64,000 bases of DNA. It comes from an uncultured Gammaproteobacteria bacterium. GTDB lineage: Bacteria > Patescibacteriota > Microgenomatia > Levybacterales > UBA12049. The stretch is taken from the NCBI GenBank assembly GCA_964653195.1, contig CAZZCX010000003.1, positions 11,688-75,687 of the forward strand. The letters are read 5' to 3'. A program made the position numbers and the translations under genes. Below the pieces are notes generated by a model, which saw nothing but the letters and a program-made list of their open reading frames with translations, did not search any database and was not told where the DNA came from. Positions 18,972 through 29,297 of this stretch are shown one piece after another; position 1 is the stretch's first letter, and every line of letters begins with the position of its first letter.

Positions 18972-21320
18972 ATGGATTACCGCTCACACAGACGAAAAAA
19001 TAGACGCCAACGTCGACCTTATCTCAGTAAATCCCGTTTATTTAATATATTTACTATTAATAAGCTCACTCGTTATATTTTCTTTGGAATAATAGCTGGT
19101 ATTATTTTTATAGCTTCTCTCTTTATATACTACAGTTTCCAGCTTCCTCAACCCGGCAAAATCGCTGAATCTAAATATTCTGATGCGACTCGGATTTATG
19201 ATAGATCAGGTGAGTTATTATATTCAGTTTATGCTGATGAAAATAGAACATATATCAAGCTAGATAAAATTTCTAAAAAACTTCAGGATGCTACGATTGC
19301 GATTGAAGATGAGAATTTTTACAAAAATAAAGGTTTTGACCCTTTTGGACCAATGCGTATAATTAAAAATTTGATCTTACGTCAGCGTGCTATTGGTGCA
19401 TCAAGTATAACTCAACAACTCGTGAAAAACATTCTTCTCACAAACGAACGAAGTATTCCTAGAAAAGTTAAGGAATTGATATTGGCGATTCAGGTGGATA
19501 GTAAATTTTCAAAAGATCAAATCCTCGAGATGTATTTAAATAATATTCCATATGGAGGCACTGCGATAGGTGCTGAGGCTGCTTCTCAAACTTACTTCGG
19601 CAAAGCTGCAAATGAACTTGATTTGGCAGAGTCTGCTTTTTTAGCTGGACTTCCACAAAGTCCTAGTGTTTATTCTCCATTTACAGGTAACAAATATTAT
19701 GTGGACCGCACAAAAGCAGTACTAAAGCAAATGGTAAGCAATAGGTATATAAGTCAGAAAGAGTCTGATAATGCTTTAAAAAAGATAGATAATTATAAAT
19801 TTTCTAAGCAAGATACAGCAATGAAAGCTCCGCATTTCGTGCTTTATGTAAAAGAACTTCTTGCACGTCAATTTGGTGAACAAGTAGTAGAAAGAGGCGG
19901 TCTGCAAGTTACAACTACACTAGATTATAAACTTCAAAAAGATGCAGAAAAAATAATCCGTGAAGAAATTGATAATCTTGAAGATTATCACGTAGGTAAT
20001 GGCGCAGCGATGATAAATGATCCTAAGACTGGTGAGATATTGACTCTAATAGGAAGTAAAGATTATTTTGCTGATCCATTACCTGAAAATTGCACATCGG
20101 GTAAAGATTGTATTTTCGAACCAAACTATAATACTGCATTTGCGAAAAGACAGCCCGGCTCTTCTCTTAAACCAATTATTTATGCAGAAGCATTTGAAAA
20201 AGGTTTTACGCCGGCAACTTTACTTATGGATGTAAAAACTAATTTTCAGTCTGGATCAGCTGACAAACCTTATGCACCAGCAAATTACAGCGGTAAGTAT
20301 CAAGGACCAGTTCAAATTCGTTTTGCTTTAGGGAATTCTCTAAATATTCCTGCTGTAAAAACACTCGCTATGATAGGCATAAAAGATGCTATGCAAAAAG
20401 CATATGAAATGGGAATTGAAGATTGGGAACCAACAGAGGAAACTATGAAAAATGTCGGATTATCATTGGTGTTGGGCGGTCGAGAGACTAGCTTATATAA
20501 CGAGATGGTCGCTTATGGGACTTTTGCAAATAGCGGAATCAGAAAAGATCCTGTGACTATTTTGAAGGTATCTGATAATAAAGGAAAAAGTTTATTTGAA
20601 CATAAGGATAGAAGCGGAATTAGAGCATTATCTGAAGATGTATCATTTCTCATTTCGCATATACTCTTGGATAATGTGGCAAGATCCCAAGAGTTCGGTT
20701 CGCGGTCACTTTTAGTAATACCTGGGAAAACAGTGGCTGTTAAGACAGGAACTACAGATGAGAAACGCGATAACTGGACAATAGGATATACGCCTTCAAG
20801 AGTAGTCGGTGTTTGGGTCGGGAATAATGATAATAGTGCGATGAATCCCAAGATAGCATCAGGTGTTACTGGCGCTTCATCTATCTGGCATAAAATAATG
20901 GTTTTAGCCTTAAAAAATAAATCTAATGAAGAGTTTGCGAAACCTGAAAATGTTTTCGCAATGCAGGTGGATTCGTTTACCGGTATGCTTCCTGTGGAGG
21001 GCAAACCTACAAGATCAGAGTATTTTATCAAAGGAACTGAGCCTACTATTAAATCATTAATATACCAGAACAAGGATGGTCAGGATTATATGGTTTTTCG
21101 AGAAGATGATCCATTATCTTATGATAGTACAAATCGTTGGCAAGAGGGTATTAATTCATGGATTGAGGAATTTCATAAAGACGATCCTAAGTATCATCCT
21201 CCAGGTGATATTCTTGATGTGAATAAACCGAAAGAAAAAGAGGAAAAAACAGAGGATAATAATGAAAATAATAAACCAACGAATACTCCTTTTCCTTCAG
21301 ATACCCCGACCCCTACTTAA
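18972..21320 (+). CDS. Class A penicillin-binding protein (GT51 transglycosylase plus transpeptidase), with a Pro/Thr-rich C-terminal tail
   Basis: The GT51 motifs (EDENFYKNKGFD, RQRAIGASSITQQL) and the transpeptidase SxxK context (PGSSLKP), SLN and KTGT are present. An N-terminal TM anchor is present. Confidence 0.85.
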   Translation: MDYRSHRRKNRRQRRPYLSKSRLFNIFTINKLTRYIFFGIIAGIIFIASLFIYYSFQLPQPGKIAESKYSDATRIYDRSGELLYSVYADENRTYIKLDKISKKLQDATIAIEDENFYKNKGFDPFGPMRIIKNLILRQRAIGASSITQQLVKNILLTNERSIPRKVKELILAIQVDSKFSKDQILEMYLNNIPYGGTAIGAEAASQTYFGKAANELDLAESAFLAGLPQSPSVYSPFTGNKYYVDRTKAVLKQMVSNRYISQKESDNALKKIDNYKFSKQDTAMKAPHFVLYVKELLARQFGEQVVERGGLQVTTTLDYKLQKDAEKIIREEIDNLEDYHVGNGAAMINDPKTGEILTLIGSKDYFADPLPENCTSGKDCIFEPNYNTAFAKRQPGSSLKPIIYAEAFEKGFTPATLLMDVKTNFQSGSADKPYAPANYSGKYQGPVQIRFALGNSLNIPAVKTLAMIGIKDAMQKAYEMGIEDWEPTEETMKNVGLSLVLGGRETSLYNEMVAYGTFANSGIRKDPVTILKVSDNKGKSLFEHKDRSGIRALSEDVSFLISHILLDNVARSQEFGSRSLLVIPGKTVAVKTGTTDEKRDNWTIGYTPSRVVGVWVGNNDNSAMNPKIASGVTGASSIWHKIMVLALKNKSNEEFAKPENVFAMQVDSFTGMLPVEGKPTRSEYFIKGTEPTIKSLIYQNKDGQDYMVFREDDPLSYDSTNRWQEGINSWIEEFHKDDPKYHPPGDILDVNKPKEKEEKTEDNNENNKPTNTPFPSDTPTPT

Positions 21321-21322
21321 TA

Positions 21323-23194
21323 TTATTTCAGCATCACATTTTTTTTCTGAAGCGCTTTAGTAATTTTTTCTCTTACAGGTGCTACGTCGCTAGTGGTTAG
21401 GTTTCTGTCAAAATTTAGATAAGTTATTCTAAATGTTTTTGTGTTCTGAAATTTGTCATAGAGCTCGACATTAGCGATAGTTAGACTTTGTTTTTTTATA
21501 AGATCAATAATCTCACTTACTTTTGCTGATACAGGAATTATAAAAGCCATATCTTCGATTATTGGCGGATATTTGGGTATAGGAATATATTGCCTGTATT
21601 GTATTTTGTCTGTCATAAGTAAATTAAAAGGAAATGAGAAATATATAAAGTTCTCATTCCATTCTATATATTTGTCAATAGATTCCGTTATATGAAAATC
21701 AGAGAATATACGTTCAATCAAACCTTTTACTTCAAAATAATTTTTGTTATTACTTATTCCCGCTACCTCGTAAAGTTCTTTAGCATTTTTTAAATTTTTT
21801 CCTAAATACACTTTTCCAATTTCAAAAATATTTATATTTTCAAAGTTTGGATTATTGAGCTTCATTGCTTTCATAAGATTGATTTTTAGGTTTGGCCTGA
21901 GATATTCAAACTCGCGGCTTACAGGATTATCCACTCTTAAAACCTCGCTTATATTGTAATTTATAGTATTTAAGTCATCTTCACTTATCAAACTATATGT
22001 CTGAATTTCACAATAAGATGAAGCAGTAAGTAAATTTTTAATTTTTAAATCTAGTCTATAATCTTTGAAATATGGTATTGATATTGTTGGGATATCACCT
22101 GTAGGAAGCGATTTTGGAAAGTTATTGTAGCCAAATATTCTTGCTACTTCTTCAATTAGATCCTCTTCAATTGTTAGATCTCCTCTATAGGTAGGTATTG
22201 TACATTCGACTAATTCCGATTTTAATACTGGATTAAGTAGGAGCCTTTTTAGTATTGAATGAACTTCCTTTGCAGGTATATTTATTCCCAATATATTATC
22301 AAGTCTTTTTAAGCTCAAATTTAACTTCCGGGGTTCAAAAGATTCCTTTTTCGCGTCAATTAATTTACTTGCTACTTCTCCTCCAGCTATTTCTTGGATA
22401 AGATTACTAGTTCTTTTTAATGTATCTAATGTGCCGCCAGGGTTTGCGCCTCTTTCAAATATTCTAGAAGCTTCGGACCATAAACTCAAACGTTGTGAAG
22501 TCCTCCTTATTAATTTACCGTTATATACTGCTACCAAAATAAGTATTGTAGTAGTGTCTTGAGTTATTCCGGAATTTAGACCGCCTTTAATACCACATAG
22601 ATCTATCACTTTATCACCATTTTTGAAGATAATCGCATTTTCAGGAAGTGAATAAGTTTTTCTATCAACACTTTCAAAGTTCTCACCACCTACAGACTTC
22701 ATTAAAGTCATTTCAGCATTATGGAGTTTGTCGTAATCGAATACATGTATTGGGTTTCCGGTTTCAAACATAACATAATTCGTGATGTCTACGAGATTAT
22801 TTATCGGGCGAAGACCCACGCTTTTTAGTCTCAATTGCATCCATTCAGGTGATGGTTCTTGTCTGACATTTTTAATAATAAGAGCGGAGTAACGTGAGCA
22901 AAGTTGAAAATCGTTATTTATTATTAAAGGGAGTTTCTTTGTAGGTTCATTGAGGTCATTTAGTTTTGGAAGTGTAAGTGGGGTATTTTGAATTGCTGCT
23001 ATTTCACGTGCCACTCCTATTATTGACATCCAATCAGGCCTATTCGGTGTTACCTCACAATCAAGCACTATTTCACCTTCTATTTTTTCATAGCTTTCAG
23101 TAGTCAGCCCTACCTCAGTCATCTTCCACATCAATTGACTTAATGGCAAATTTATTTTTACAAAATCTTCTAGCCAAGATAAAGGTGTTTTCAT
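21323..23194 (-). CDS. pheT: Phenylalanine--tRNA ligase beta subunit (short form)
   Basis: B3/B4 and B5 domain order and a C-terminal FDX-ACB-like segment. It lies directly downstream of pheS. Confidence 0.8.
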   Translation of the reverse strand: MKTPLSWLEDFVKINLPLSQLMWKMTEVGLTTESYEKIEGEIVLDCEVTPNRPDWMSIIGVAREIAAIQNTPLTLPKLNDLNEPTKKLPLIINNDFQLCSRYSALIIKNVRQEPSPEWMQLRLKSVGLRPINNLVDITNYVMFETGNPIHVFDYDKLHNAEMTLMKSVGGENFESVDRKTYSLPENAIIFKNGDKVIDLCGIKGGLNSGITQDTTTILILVAVYNGKLIRRTSQRLSLWSEASRIFERGANPGGTLDTLKRTSNLIQEIAGGEVASKLIDAKKESFEPRKLNLSLKRLDNILGINIPAKEVHSILKRLLLNPVLKSELVECTIPTYRGDLTIEEDLIEEVARIFGYNNFPKSLPTGDIPTISIPYFKDYRLDLKIKNLLTASSYCEIQTYSLISEDDLNTINYNISEVLRVDNPVSREFEYLRPNLKINLMKAMKLNNPNFENINIFEIGKVYLGKNLKNAKELYEVAGISNNKNYFEVKGLIERIFSDFHITESIDKYIEWNENFIYFSFPFNLLMTDKIQYRQYIPIPKYPPIIEDMAFIIPVSAKVSEIIDLIKKQSLTIANVELYDKFQNTKTFRITYLNFDRNLTTSDVAPVREKITKALQKKNVMLK

Positions 23195-23195
23195 A

Positions 23196-24233
23196 TCAAA
23201 ATTGATTTATTATTCTCAGATCAGGGTTTGTGAGTATTCTTAAATCATCCATTTGATAACGTAGTGTTGCTATTCTAGATAGTCCTATTGCAAACGCAAA
23301 ACCATTAACTTTTTTCGGATCGTGTCCAGCTGCTTTTAATACATTTGGATGTATCATTCCAGCCGGCATAATTTCACTCCAGCCACTTTTTTTACAAAAA
23401 CTACAACCTTTACCAATACATATTGTACATTCCATATATGTATCCACTCCCGGTTCTACAAATGGAAAATTAGTTGTAGCAAATCGCAGTTTTATATTCT
23501 TTCCCATTAATTTTCTTAAAACATAATCAATTGTTCCGAAAAGATCAGTAAGGCGTACATTAGTGTCAATTAGAAAGCCTTCAACCTGCCAGAATTCAAA
23601 CCCATGGGAAGCGTCAACTTGTTCATATCGATAATTCTTACCTGGAACGATACACCTTATAGGAGGTTTAATTTTTTCCATAACGCGTCCTTGCATTGCT
23701 GAGGTTTGTGTACGAAGTATAATTTCGCCGGGATTTATTTTTTCATTACGTGTATCTAGGAATAAGGTTTGCTGCATGTCTCTTGCTGGATGATCCTTTG
23801 GTATATTTAAAGCTTCAAAATTATAATAATCTGATTCTATCTCTGGTCCATCAGCAGCCTGAAATCCTAGAGTCTTAAAAACATCTATGACATCAAATAG
23901 AACATGCGTTAAAGGATGCAAGTGACCGATTTGTGGTTTAAGTCCTGGTTCAGTTGTATCAAATTCAATCTTTTTAGTTTTTGTTTGTTTATTCTCTAAT
24001 TCATCTCGCTTTTGTCTGATAGTTGTTTCAAGTATCTCTTTGACTTCATTTAATAATTTTCCAACTGAAGGCTTTTCTTCAATTGGGACGTTTTTTATCT
24101 CTTTCATTAATATGGCCAAGGAACCATTTTTACCTAAGAACTGCATACGAAATTCTTCAATTTCACTCACATCTTGCGCATCAAGTATCATAGGAAGTGC
24201 TGCGTTTTTTATATTTATCAGTTTTCTTTCCAT
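23196..24233 (-). CDS. pheS: Phenylalanine--tRNA ligase alpha subunit
   Basis: Class II motifs (FRMQFLGKNG-like N-terminus, GFEFWQVEGF motif 2 region, GLSRIATLRY motif 3). Confidence 0.9.
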   Translation of the reverse strand: MERKLINIKNAALPMILDAQDVSEIEEFRMQFLGKNGSLAILMKEIKNVPIEEKPSVGKLLNEVKEILETTIRQKRDELENKQTKTKKIEFDTTEPGLKPQIGHLHPLTHVLFDVIDVFKTLGFQAADGPEIESDYYNFEALNIPKDHPARDMQQTLFLDTRNEKINPGEIILRTQTSAMQGRVMEKIKPPIRCIVPGKNYRYEQVDASHGFEFWQVEGFLIDTNVRLTDLFGTIDYVLRKLMGKNIKLRFATTNFPFVEPGVDTYMECTICIGKGCSFCKKSGWSEIMPAGMIHPNVLKAAGHDPKKVNGFAFAIGLSRIATLRYQMDDLRILTNPDLRIINQF

Positions 24234-24274
24234 ATAAACATTTTAACAGAATATAATGATTTCTTGAATATGTC

Positions 24275-25627
24275 TTAGCCCCTTTTTACTAAGAGAAATC
24301 TTGTAAGATTATCTTTTTGATCTTGAAGATTTTCAGCAATAATATCTAAATTGTATTTAAGAGCTAAGCCAGAGGGACCTAATATTGCAGTAGATTTTGG
24401 AATTTTCATTTTTGCTAAGTAATTTGCAGCCTTCGCTGTATCTATTAAATCTCCTTTTCCGCTTATTTGTTTATACTTATTAAATTTATTTTTCAAAGTA
24501 TTTTTACATTGTGCAAAAACTTGTGGGTGTGCGATTATGGTAGTAATTTCAGAAATATCTACGTCACTTCTTTTCATTAAAAAGTGTCTAATTAGAATAT
24601 TAAAATCAGAAACAATAACTGATGAATATTTAGCTAGAGCATTCATTGACTCTTCTACTATTCCTCCCGTAGAGTTTGTAATAGCGAAAAGACCGTAATC
24701 AATATATCCAAGTTGTAAGCTCTTAAGTACTTTCTCAGATGTATAAAGATATTTTATTTTATAAGGAAGACTTTTTTTTAGATTATTAGAATAAAGATTA
24801 TTTATAAAGTACATCAAAGCTTCTTCATTGAAGCTTACCTTGCCGCCTTGAATTCCATATGTTATGTATTTACTGTTTACGTAATTTGGTAGTAATTGGT
24901 TGTAGAGACGATTATAAGCCTTGCCTAGTTTTAAGCGCATTCTTTTTGTAAAGGGATTATATATTTGTAAATCAGTAAACAATTGCCAAGTGTCATTTAC
25001 TGTTTGTTCAGTTACTTCATGTAGCTTTTTTGAACCTAATGAATCAATAGGTGTAGGCGTAAAATGCACTTTTTCCAATAATCTGCCTATAAAATGAGTT
25101 AATCCTTGGGAATCTGCTGCAAGTCTGTCGTGTTTTTCGGCAGACATCTCAACTACATTTAGTTTTTTGCTTATGAAGTATTCTTTCCAAAATTGCATCG
25201 TTTCATCAGTGCACCTGAATTTGTCTATTATCATTGTTAAATTCGTAAATCCCTCCTTACTGCTATCAGGACCAAACATAGGGTGAGTCAGCATTGCCTG
25301 AATACTCGTATTTTTTAAATATCTAGTAAATACTTTTTTCGGATGTATTTTTACGGATAAAACATCAATTAAAATATTCCTTGTATTAAAAAACTTTTTA
25401 TGTTTTTTAATCACATTTTCAAAAACTGAGATAGGTACAGCGAAAAATGTGTAATCTGCTTTATAGATTTCTTCTAAAGATTTGGTAAATTTTGAATTTT
25501 TATTTAGTTCTATATTTTTTGAATTTAAACTACCTTTATCATATATTTGAACTAAAAAGTCATCCTTAATAAGTCTATATAAGGTTTTTCCGAACCTGCC
25601 AAAACCAATAATACTAATTGTTTTCAT
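24275..25627 (-). CDS. Bifunctional prephenate dehydrogenase (N-terminus) / prephenate dehydratase-like (C-terminus) protein
   Basis: An N-terminal Rossmann ISIIGFGRFGKT and the TyrA catalytic region. The C-terminal half has PDT-like segments (AITNSTGGIVEESMNAL, LTRFLLV). No clear ACT domain is present. Confidence 0.55.
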   Translation of the reverse strand: MKTISIIGFGRFGKTLYRLIKDDFLVQIYDKGSLNSKNIELNKNSKFTKSLEEIYKADYTFFAVPISVFENVIKKHKKFFNTRNILIDVLSVKIHPKKVFTRYLKNTSIQAMLTHPMFGPDSSKEGFTNLTMIIDKFRCTDETMQFWKEYFISKKLNVVEMSAEKHDRLAADSQGLTHFIGRLLEKVHFTPTPIDSLGSKKLHEVTEQTVNDTWQLFTDLQIYNPFTKRMRLKLGKAYNRLYNQLLPNYVNSKYITYGIQGGKVSFNEEALMYFINNLYSNNLKKSLPYKIKYLYTSEKVLKSLQLGYIDYGLFAITNSTGGIVEESMNALAKYSSVIVSDFNILIRHFLMKRSDVDISEITTIIAHPQVFAQCKNTLKNKFNKYKQISGKGDLIDTAKAANYLAKMKIPKSTAILGPSGLALKYNLDIIAENLQDQKDNLTRFLLVKRG

Positions 25628-25911
25628 TTTGCGTTTTTATTTATAAAGCTAGATTCTATTTTTAACGCAGCTTTGTGTATGAGTTCGTAAATATTTTTTA
25701 CCATATCGGCGTCAAGATTATGAGCTTTTGCCAGTGTTATTTTAGTTTTTAATACTTCTGTCCATCTGTTCTTATCTAACGGCGGTAAACCTTCTCTTTT
25801 CTTAAGTGCGCCTACTTGTTTAACTAACTTCATACGCATTGAGAGTAGTTCTATTATTTCTTCATCTACTATATCTATTTCATTTCTTAATAAAATTAAT
25901 GGGTTTTTCAT
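25624..25911 (-). CDS. Chorismate mutase (AroQ class). The ORF track start at 25971 overlaps the upstream gene; the internal Met at 25911 is more likely.
   Basis: LRNEIDIVDEEIIELLSMRMKLVKQVGALKK matches the AroQ helix-1 pattern (R..ID.iD..l..Ll..R). Confidence 0.7.
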   Translation of the reverse strand: MKNPLILLRNEIDIVDEEIIELLSMRMKLVKQVGALKKREGLPPLDKNRWTEVLKTKITLAKAHNLDADMVKNIYELIHKAALKIESSFINKNAK

Positions 25912-25918
25912 ACTTTTA

Positions 25919-27448
25919 TTATAACCTATACCGTAAAGGTGAAAAATCTTCAGCAGGCATATTTCCTTCAATATTTTTTCCTATCTCATTATCGACTATA
26001 GCAATTGGTTCATTTTCTCCTCTAATTTTTCTATTCCAGCCTTTAATTAGGGCATGAGAGAGACTAACTAGTTCATTGCCTTGATCAAAAGTATTTAATT
26101 CATCATCCCACACGTCTAATGTGTCTTGTGCTTCATTCCTTCCAAAAGTTAATTCTAGTACATTTCTAGTATTTATGTCTCTTAATCCTTCTGGAGCTCT
26201 TTGCAGGGCTTGCGGGTCAGGATCTTTAGACATAATCTGCCATCTTTTAGTTAAAGTATTGTTGTCTTCGTCATCATTTAAACTGTCTATTGCTAAATCA
26301 CTTGCTAGACGAGCAGTTACTAAGCAATTAGCTAATGCAATTCCCGGAGACCTTTTACGATTATTTGTCCAATAAGATGGTCCGACAGCATCACCTACTG
26401 CCTTTAGATTTCTCATTCCCTTAACGCTGACACCATCAGTTGTCACGGTTCCTAACTGACTATAGTGAACTGATACACCGGCAATATGTTCTTCTCCTGT
26501 CATATTGTCTACGATCCTGACATTCCCGCCTTGATCAGAAAATCTTAATGCGATTTCTCTAAATTTATCATGAGCCATATGATTTCTCAGCAAATATGTT
26601 GTTTCTGTGTCTATTTGTCCATTAGGTAAATACACCGTACTATTAGCTAAATCATCTGTTTCATAGCAGCCAAATGCTGGTTGTCCATCTACTCTCTTTC
26701 TGCCAAAAGGGTGAAGCATGTTAATTGTTGTGCCTGTTATGGGTAATCCTGCTTTATAAAGTAGTTGAGTAGCTGAGTAATCTATAGGTATATTGGTCGA
26801 TTTATATAGTGAACCGCCAGCGTTTCCGTTTGCTAGAATTACCATCTCGGGACTTAACGAAAATCCTTCGTTCCTGTTTTGAGCTACATTTAGTTGAGTT
26901 ATTAAATTATGTTGTCGAGTTAGAGAATAAACTTCTCCTTGTAAAAATGCAATTCCCATATTTAAAGCTAGTCGTTTCAATTCTGATAAAATGCTGTAGC
27001 CCCGTCCTTTTCCGCCTTGATTAGGTACTCCCCATTGAGGACCAAACCATATCGGGTTATCGTGTACTAGTTCGGGATCAATATCTATAAGTCTTTTGTT
27101 CCATGTTTCTAATTCTTCAGCGAGTAATCCCGCAAAATGAATCATTTCTGGAGATTTATTGCCATCGTTTTGTTTTGATAAAAGTGAGACGACTTCAGCT
27201 TCTTGCTCAAATCTATCATCAGTTCTTGTTCCGGTTCCTCTTGCTCTGATTCGCATCCCGGCAATACGGGTATTGCTTTGGGGTCTTGGTTTTTCAATTA
27301 TTACGACTTGCATATCATCATTACATTTTTCGGCAAGTTGAATAGCTGTCAGTAGACCTGCAAAGCCTGCTCCAACTATACAGGTTAGAGGTTTATCACC
27401 TCTGAGTCTGCTTACTTCATTGAGACTATTTTTAGTAATAGATGGCAT
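25919..27448 (-). CDS. FAD-dependent oxidoreductase of the succinate dehydrogenase/fumarate reductase/L-aspartate oxidase flavoprotein superfamily
   Basis: An N-terminal dinucleotide fold CIVGAGFAGLLTA. VHYSQLGTVTTDG resembles the HY.MGG motif. AVGDAVGPSYW...RSPGIALANCLV resembles the C-terminal AvGD...G.NRL.sNsL motif. Confidence 0.5.
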   Translation of the reverse strand: MPSITKNSLNEVSRLRGDKPLTCIVGAGFAGLLTAIQLAEKCNDDMQVVIIEKPRPQSNTRIAGMRIRARGTGTRTDDRFEQEAEVVSLLSKQNDGNKSPEMIHFAGLLAEELETWNKRLIDIDPELVHDNPIWFGPQWGVPNQGGKGRGYSILSELKRLALNMGIAFLQGEVYSLTRQHNLITQLNVAQNRNEGFSLSPEMVILANGNAGGSLYKSTNIPIDYSATQLLYKAGLPITGTTINMLHPFGRKRVDGQPAFGCYETDDLANSTVYLPNGQIDTETTYLLRNHMAHDKFREIALRFSDQGGNVRIVDNMTGEEHIAGVSVHYSQLGTVTTDGVSVKGMRNLKAVGDAVGPSYWTNNRKRSPGIALANCLVTARLASDLAIDSLNDDEDNNTLTKRWQIMSKDPDPQALQRAPEGLRDINTRNVLELTFGRNEAQDTLDVWDDELNTFDQGNELVSLSHALIKGWNRKIRGENEPIAIVDNEIGKNIEGNMPAEDFSPLRYRL

Positions 27449-27450
27449 AT

Positions 27451-28233
27451 TTATTTAATTGACTCCATTAATTTATCAAATTCATTCCAAGTGAGTTGTT
27501 GTTTGGCATCGGTTTTGGCATTTTTGGGATCTGGGTGAACTTCTATAATCCATCCATCATAAGAGTGTTTCCGAGCTTGCTTTGCAATTTTATGTACATT
27601 CTCGACAGTCCCGCCGGTATGTGATGGATCGAAGATCATGGGTAGCTGAAATTCCCGTCTTATCTCCATAGCCATTTCATGATCTGGAATATTTCGAAAG
27701 CTGTGTGGATTTGGTGAGTGCGGGACATGTGGTACAAATCCTCTATGACAGATCATAAATCTGTTTTTGGGCATATTAGCAGCTAAGACATGCTCTACTA
27801 TGCCTTCCCAATGTTTCTTATGATGCCATGGCTGATTTTTCACCATAAGTGTAATTCTTTCATCTTTTGCGACAAATTGAGCAATTTCTCTTTGTATGAA
27901 ATGGTTTTGATTTCTGGCACCGATCCATAGTAGTAGATTAGCTTTCGGGTTTTCCTGAAATACTACATCAGCTACGTGCTCAGCATGGCCTGGAGTGAGC
28001 ACCTCAACACCTGGATTCACTCCCTTTGAGACTGCAATTTTCAGAAAGTGAGAGCCATCCATTCCCAATCCTTCATATCCGGGTTTTGTTCTGGGTTTCC
28101 AGAGGGTGAGACGCATGAAATCTATATATGGTCGTTTGTTTATTTCCTTAATTGATGCGCGCAATACTTCATCAGATTCAGTATTGCACGGTCCTATAAT
28201 TAGGATAGGTTTTTTCGATTCTTTATTTTTCAT
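27451..28233 (-). CDS. 3-deoxy-D-arabino-heptulosonate-7-phosphate synthase, short type I-beta (the DAHPS/KDO8PS family; KDO8P synthase is not excluded)
   Basis: IIGPCNTES (GPCxxES), KPRTKPGYEGLG (KPRTSP..FqGLG), IGARNQNHF and DPSH motifs are present. The 260-aa size matches unregulated archaeal-type DAHPS. Confidence 0.65.
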   Translation of the reverse strand: MKNKESKKPILIIGPCNTESDEVLRASIKEINKRPYIDFMRLTLWKPRTKPGYEGLGMDGSHFLKIAVSKGVNPGVEVLTPGHAEHVADVVFQENPKANLLLWIGARNQNHFIQREIAQFVAKDERITLMVKNQPWHHKKHWEGIVEHVLAANMPKNRFMICHRGFVPHVPHSPNPHSFRNIPDHEMAMEIRREFQLPMIFDPSHTGGTVENVHKIAKQARKHSYDGWIIEVHPDPKNAKTDAKQQLTWNEFDKLMESIK

Positions 28234-28235
28234 AT

Positions 28236-29150
28236 TTATAAAACTATCTTAGAAAAGTATGAACGTATTCCTTCTAGGTCTGTACTTTTTTTCAAGTACA
28301 TCATATCGAAAATTTCCATTTCTGATCTAGTTGGAATTGCAGCAGCATTTCCTAGTTTTGTGCATTGTAGACCACCAACAAAATTACCAAAAGTTGCGCA
28401 TTTTATATGATCCCAACCTTTTATAATCCCGTATGCAAATGCACCCCTGTATACATCGCCTGCGCCAACTGTGTCAATTACAGATACATCATACGCCTGG
28501 ATATGGCGCAATGTTTTGCCATCGTATATTAAACTTCCTAATTTACCCGCAGTTATTATAAGCTCTTTACCGTTATATAATTTTTGAATTGATTTCAACA
28601 AATCGTTTGAATCAATTTTTACCAGCGATTCTATAGGGAGTATAGGAAAATCAGCGTTTCGGATCATATCTAATGTAAATTCAGATATTTCAATAGATGG
28701 GTCAATTATTATCTTGGCTTCCAATTTTTTCTTGTCCATAATTTCATAAAACGCTGTTTTTTCATGTCTATCAATAATTATTAAATCGAATTGACGTAAA
28801 AATTTTCTATCAAGGTTTTTGATATCTAAATGAATAGTATTGCCTCGAATTTTCTCTCTCTGCCCTGTATCAATAGGTACTAGTATAGTATTTATCTTCG
28901 TCCTTTTTTGAATTTTATGATGTAATTTTATATTTTCGTGTTTTATAGTTTTTTTTATTATTTTAGCTTCTGAATCTCTCCCAAGAGATGTCACCAGAGT
29001 ACAATCTATATTCAATCTTGAGAGCACAATAAGAGCTGACAGTACGGGACCACCAACATGAGTCTTGGTTTTTATCACTTTTTTCTCCTTTAAATTGTTT
29101 ACCACAATTACTCTATCAATTATTGATTCACCTATGCCTAGTACTTTCAT
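28236..29150 (-). CDS. PfkB-family carbohydrate/nucleoside kinase (ribokinase fold)
   Basis: The PfkB signature DTVGAGDVYRGAF lies near the C-terminus. An N-terminal GG dipeptide region is present. Confidence 0.75.
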   Translation of the reverse strand: MKVLGIGESIIDRVIVVNNLKEKKVIKTKTHVGGPVLSALIVLSRLNIDCTLVTSLGRDSEAKIIKKTIKHENIKLHHKIQKRTKINTILVPIDTGQREKIRGNTIHLDIKNLDRKFLRQFDLIIIDRHEKTAFYEIMDKKKLEAKIIIDPSIEISEFTLDMIRNADFPILPIESLVKIDSNDLLKSIQKLYNGKELIITAGKLGSLIYDGKTLRHIQAYDVSVIDTVGAGDVYRGAFAYGIIKGWDHIKCATFGNFVGGLQCTKLGNAAAIPTRSEMEIFDMMYLKKSTDLEGIRSYFSKIVL

Positions 29151-29165
29151 ATTTATTTTTTAACC

Positions 29166-29192
29166 ACAAAAAAACCTCCCTTTCGGGAGGTC
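29166..29192 (-). terminator. Intrinsic terminator of the thrS-infC-rpmI-rplT operon
   Basis: Plus-strand aaaaaaacctccctttcgggaggtcc. On the minus strand this reads a 7-bp GC stem, a GAAA loop and T7. Confidence 0.7.
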
Positions 29193-29297
29193 CAGTAATC
29201 TGGTTTTCACTAGTGTTTAAGCACTAGCTTTCCTCCCGGGTTGGGAAGTAAAATAAAACCAAAAATATGCAAAAGAGTTAGTCATGTAATTATTATA

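Noticed and set aside
25839-26057. 72-aa plus-strand ORF spanning the chorismate mutase / flavoprotein junction
   Set aside because: It is antisense to two coupled genes. Its translation is low-complexity and Leu/Phe-rich.
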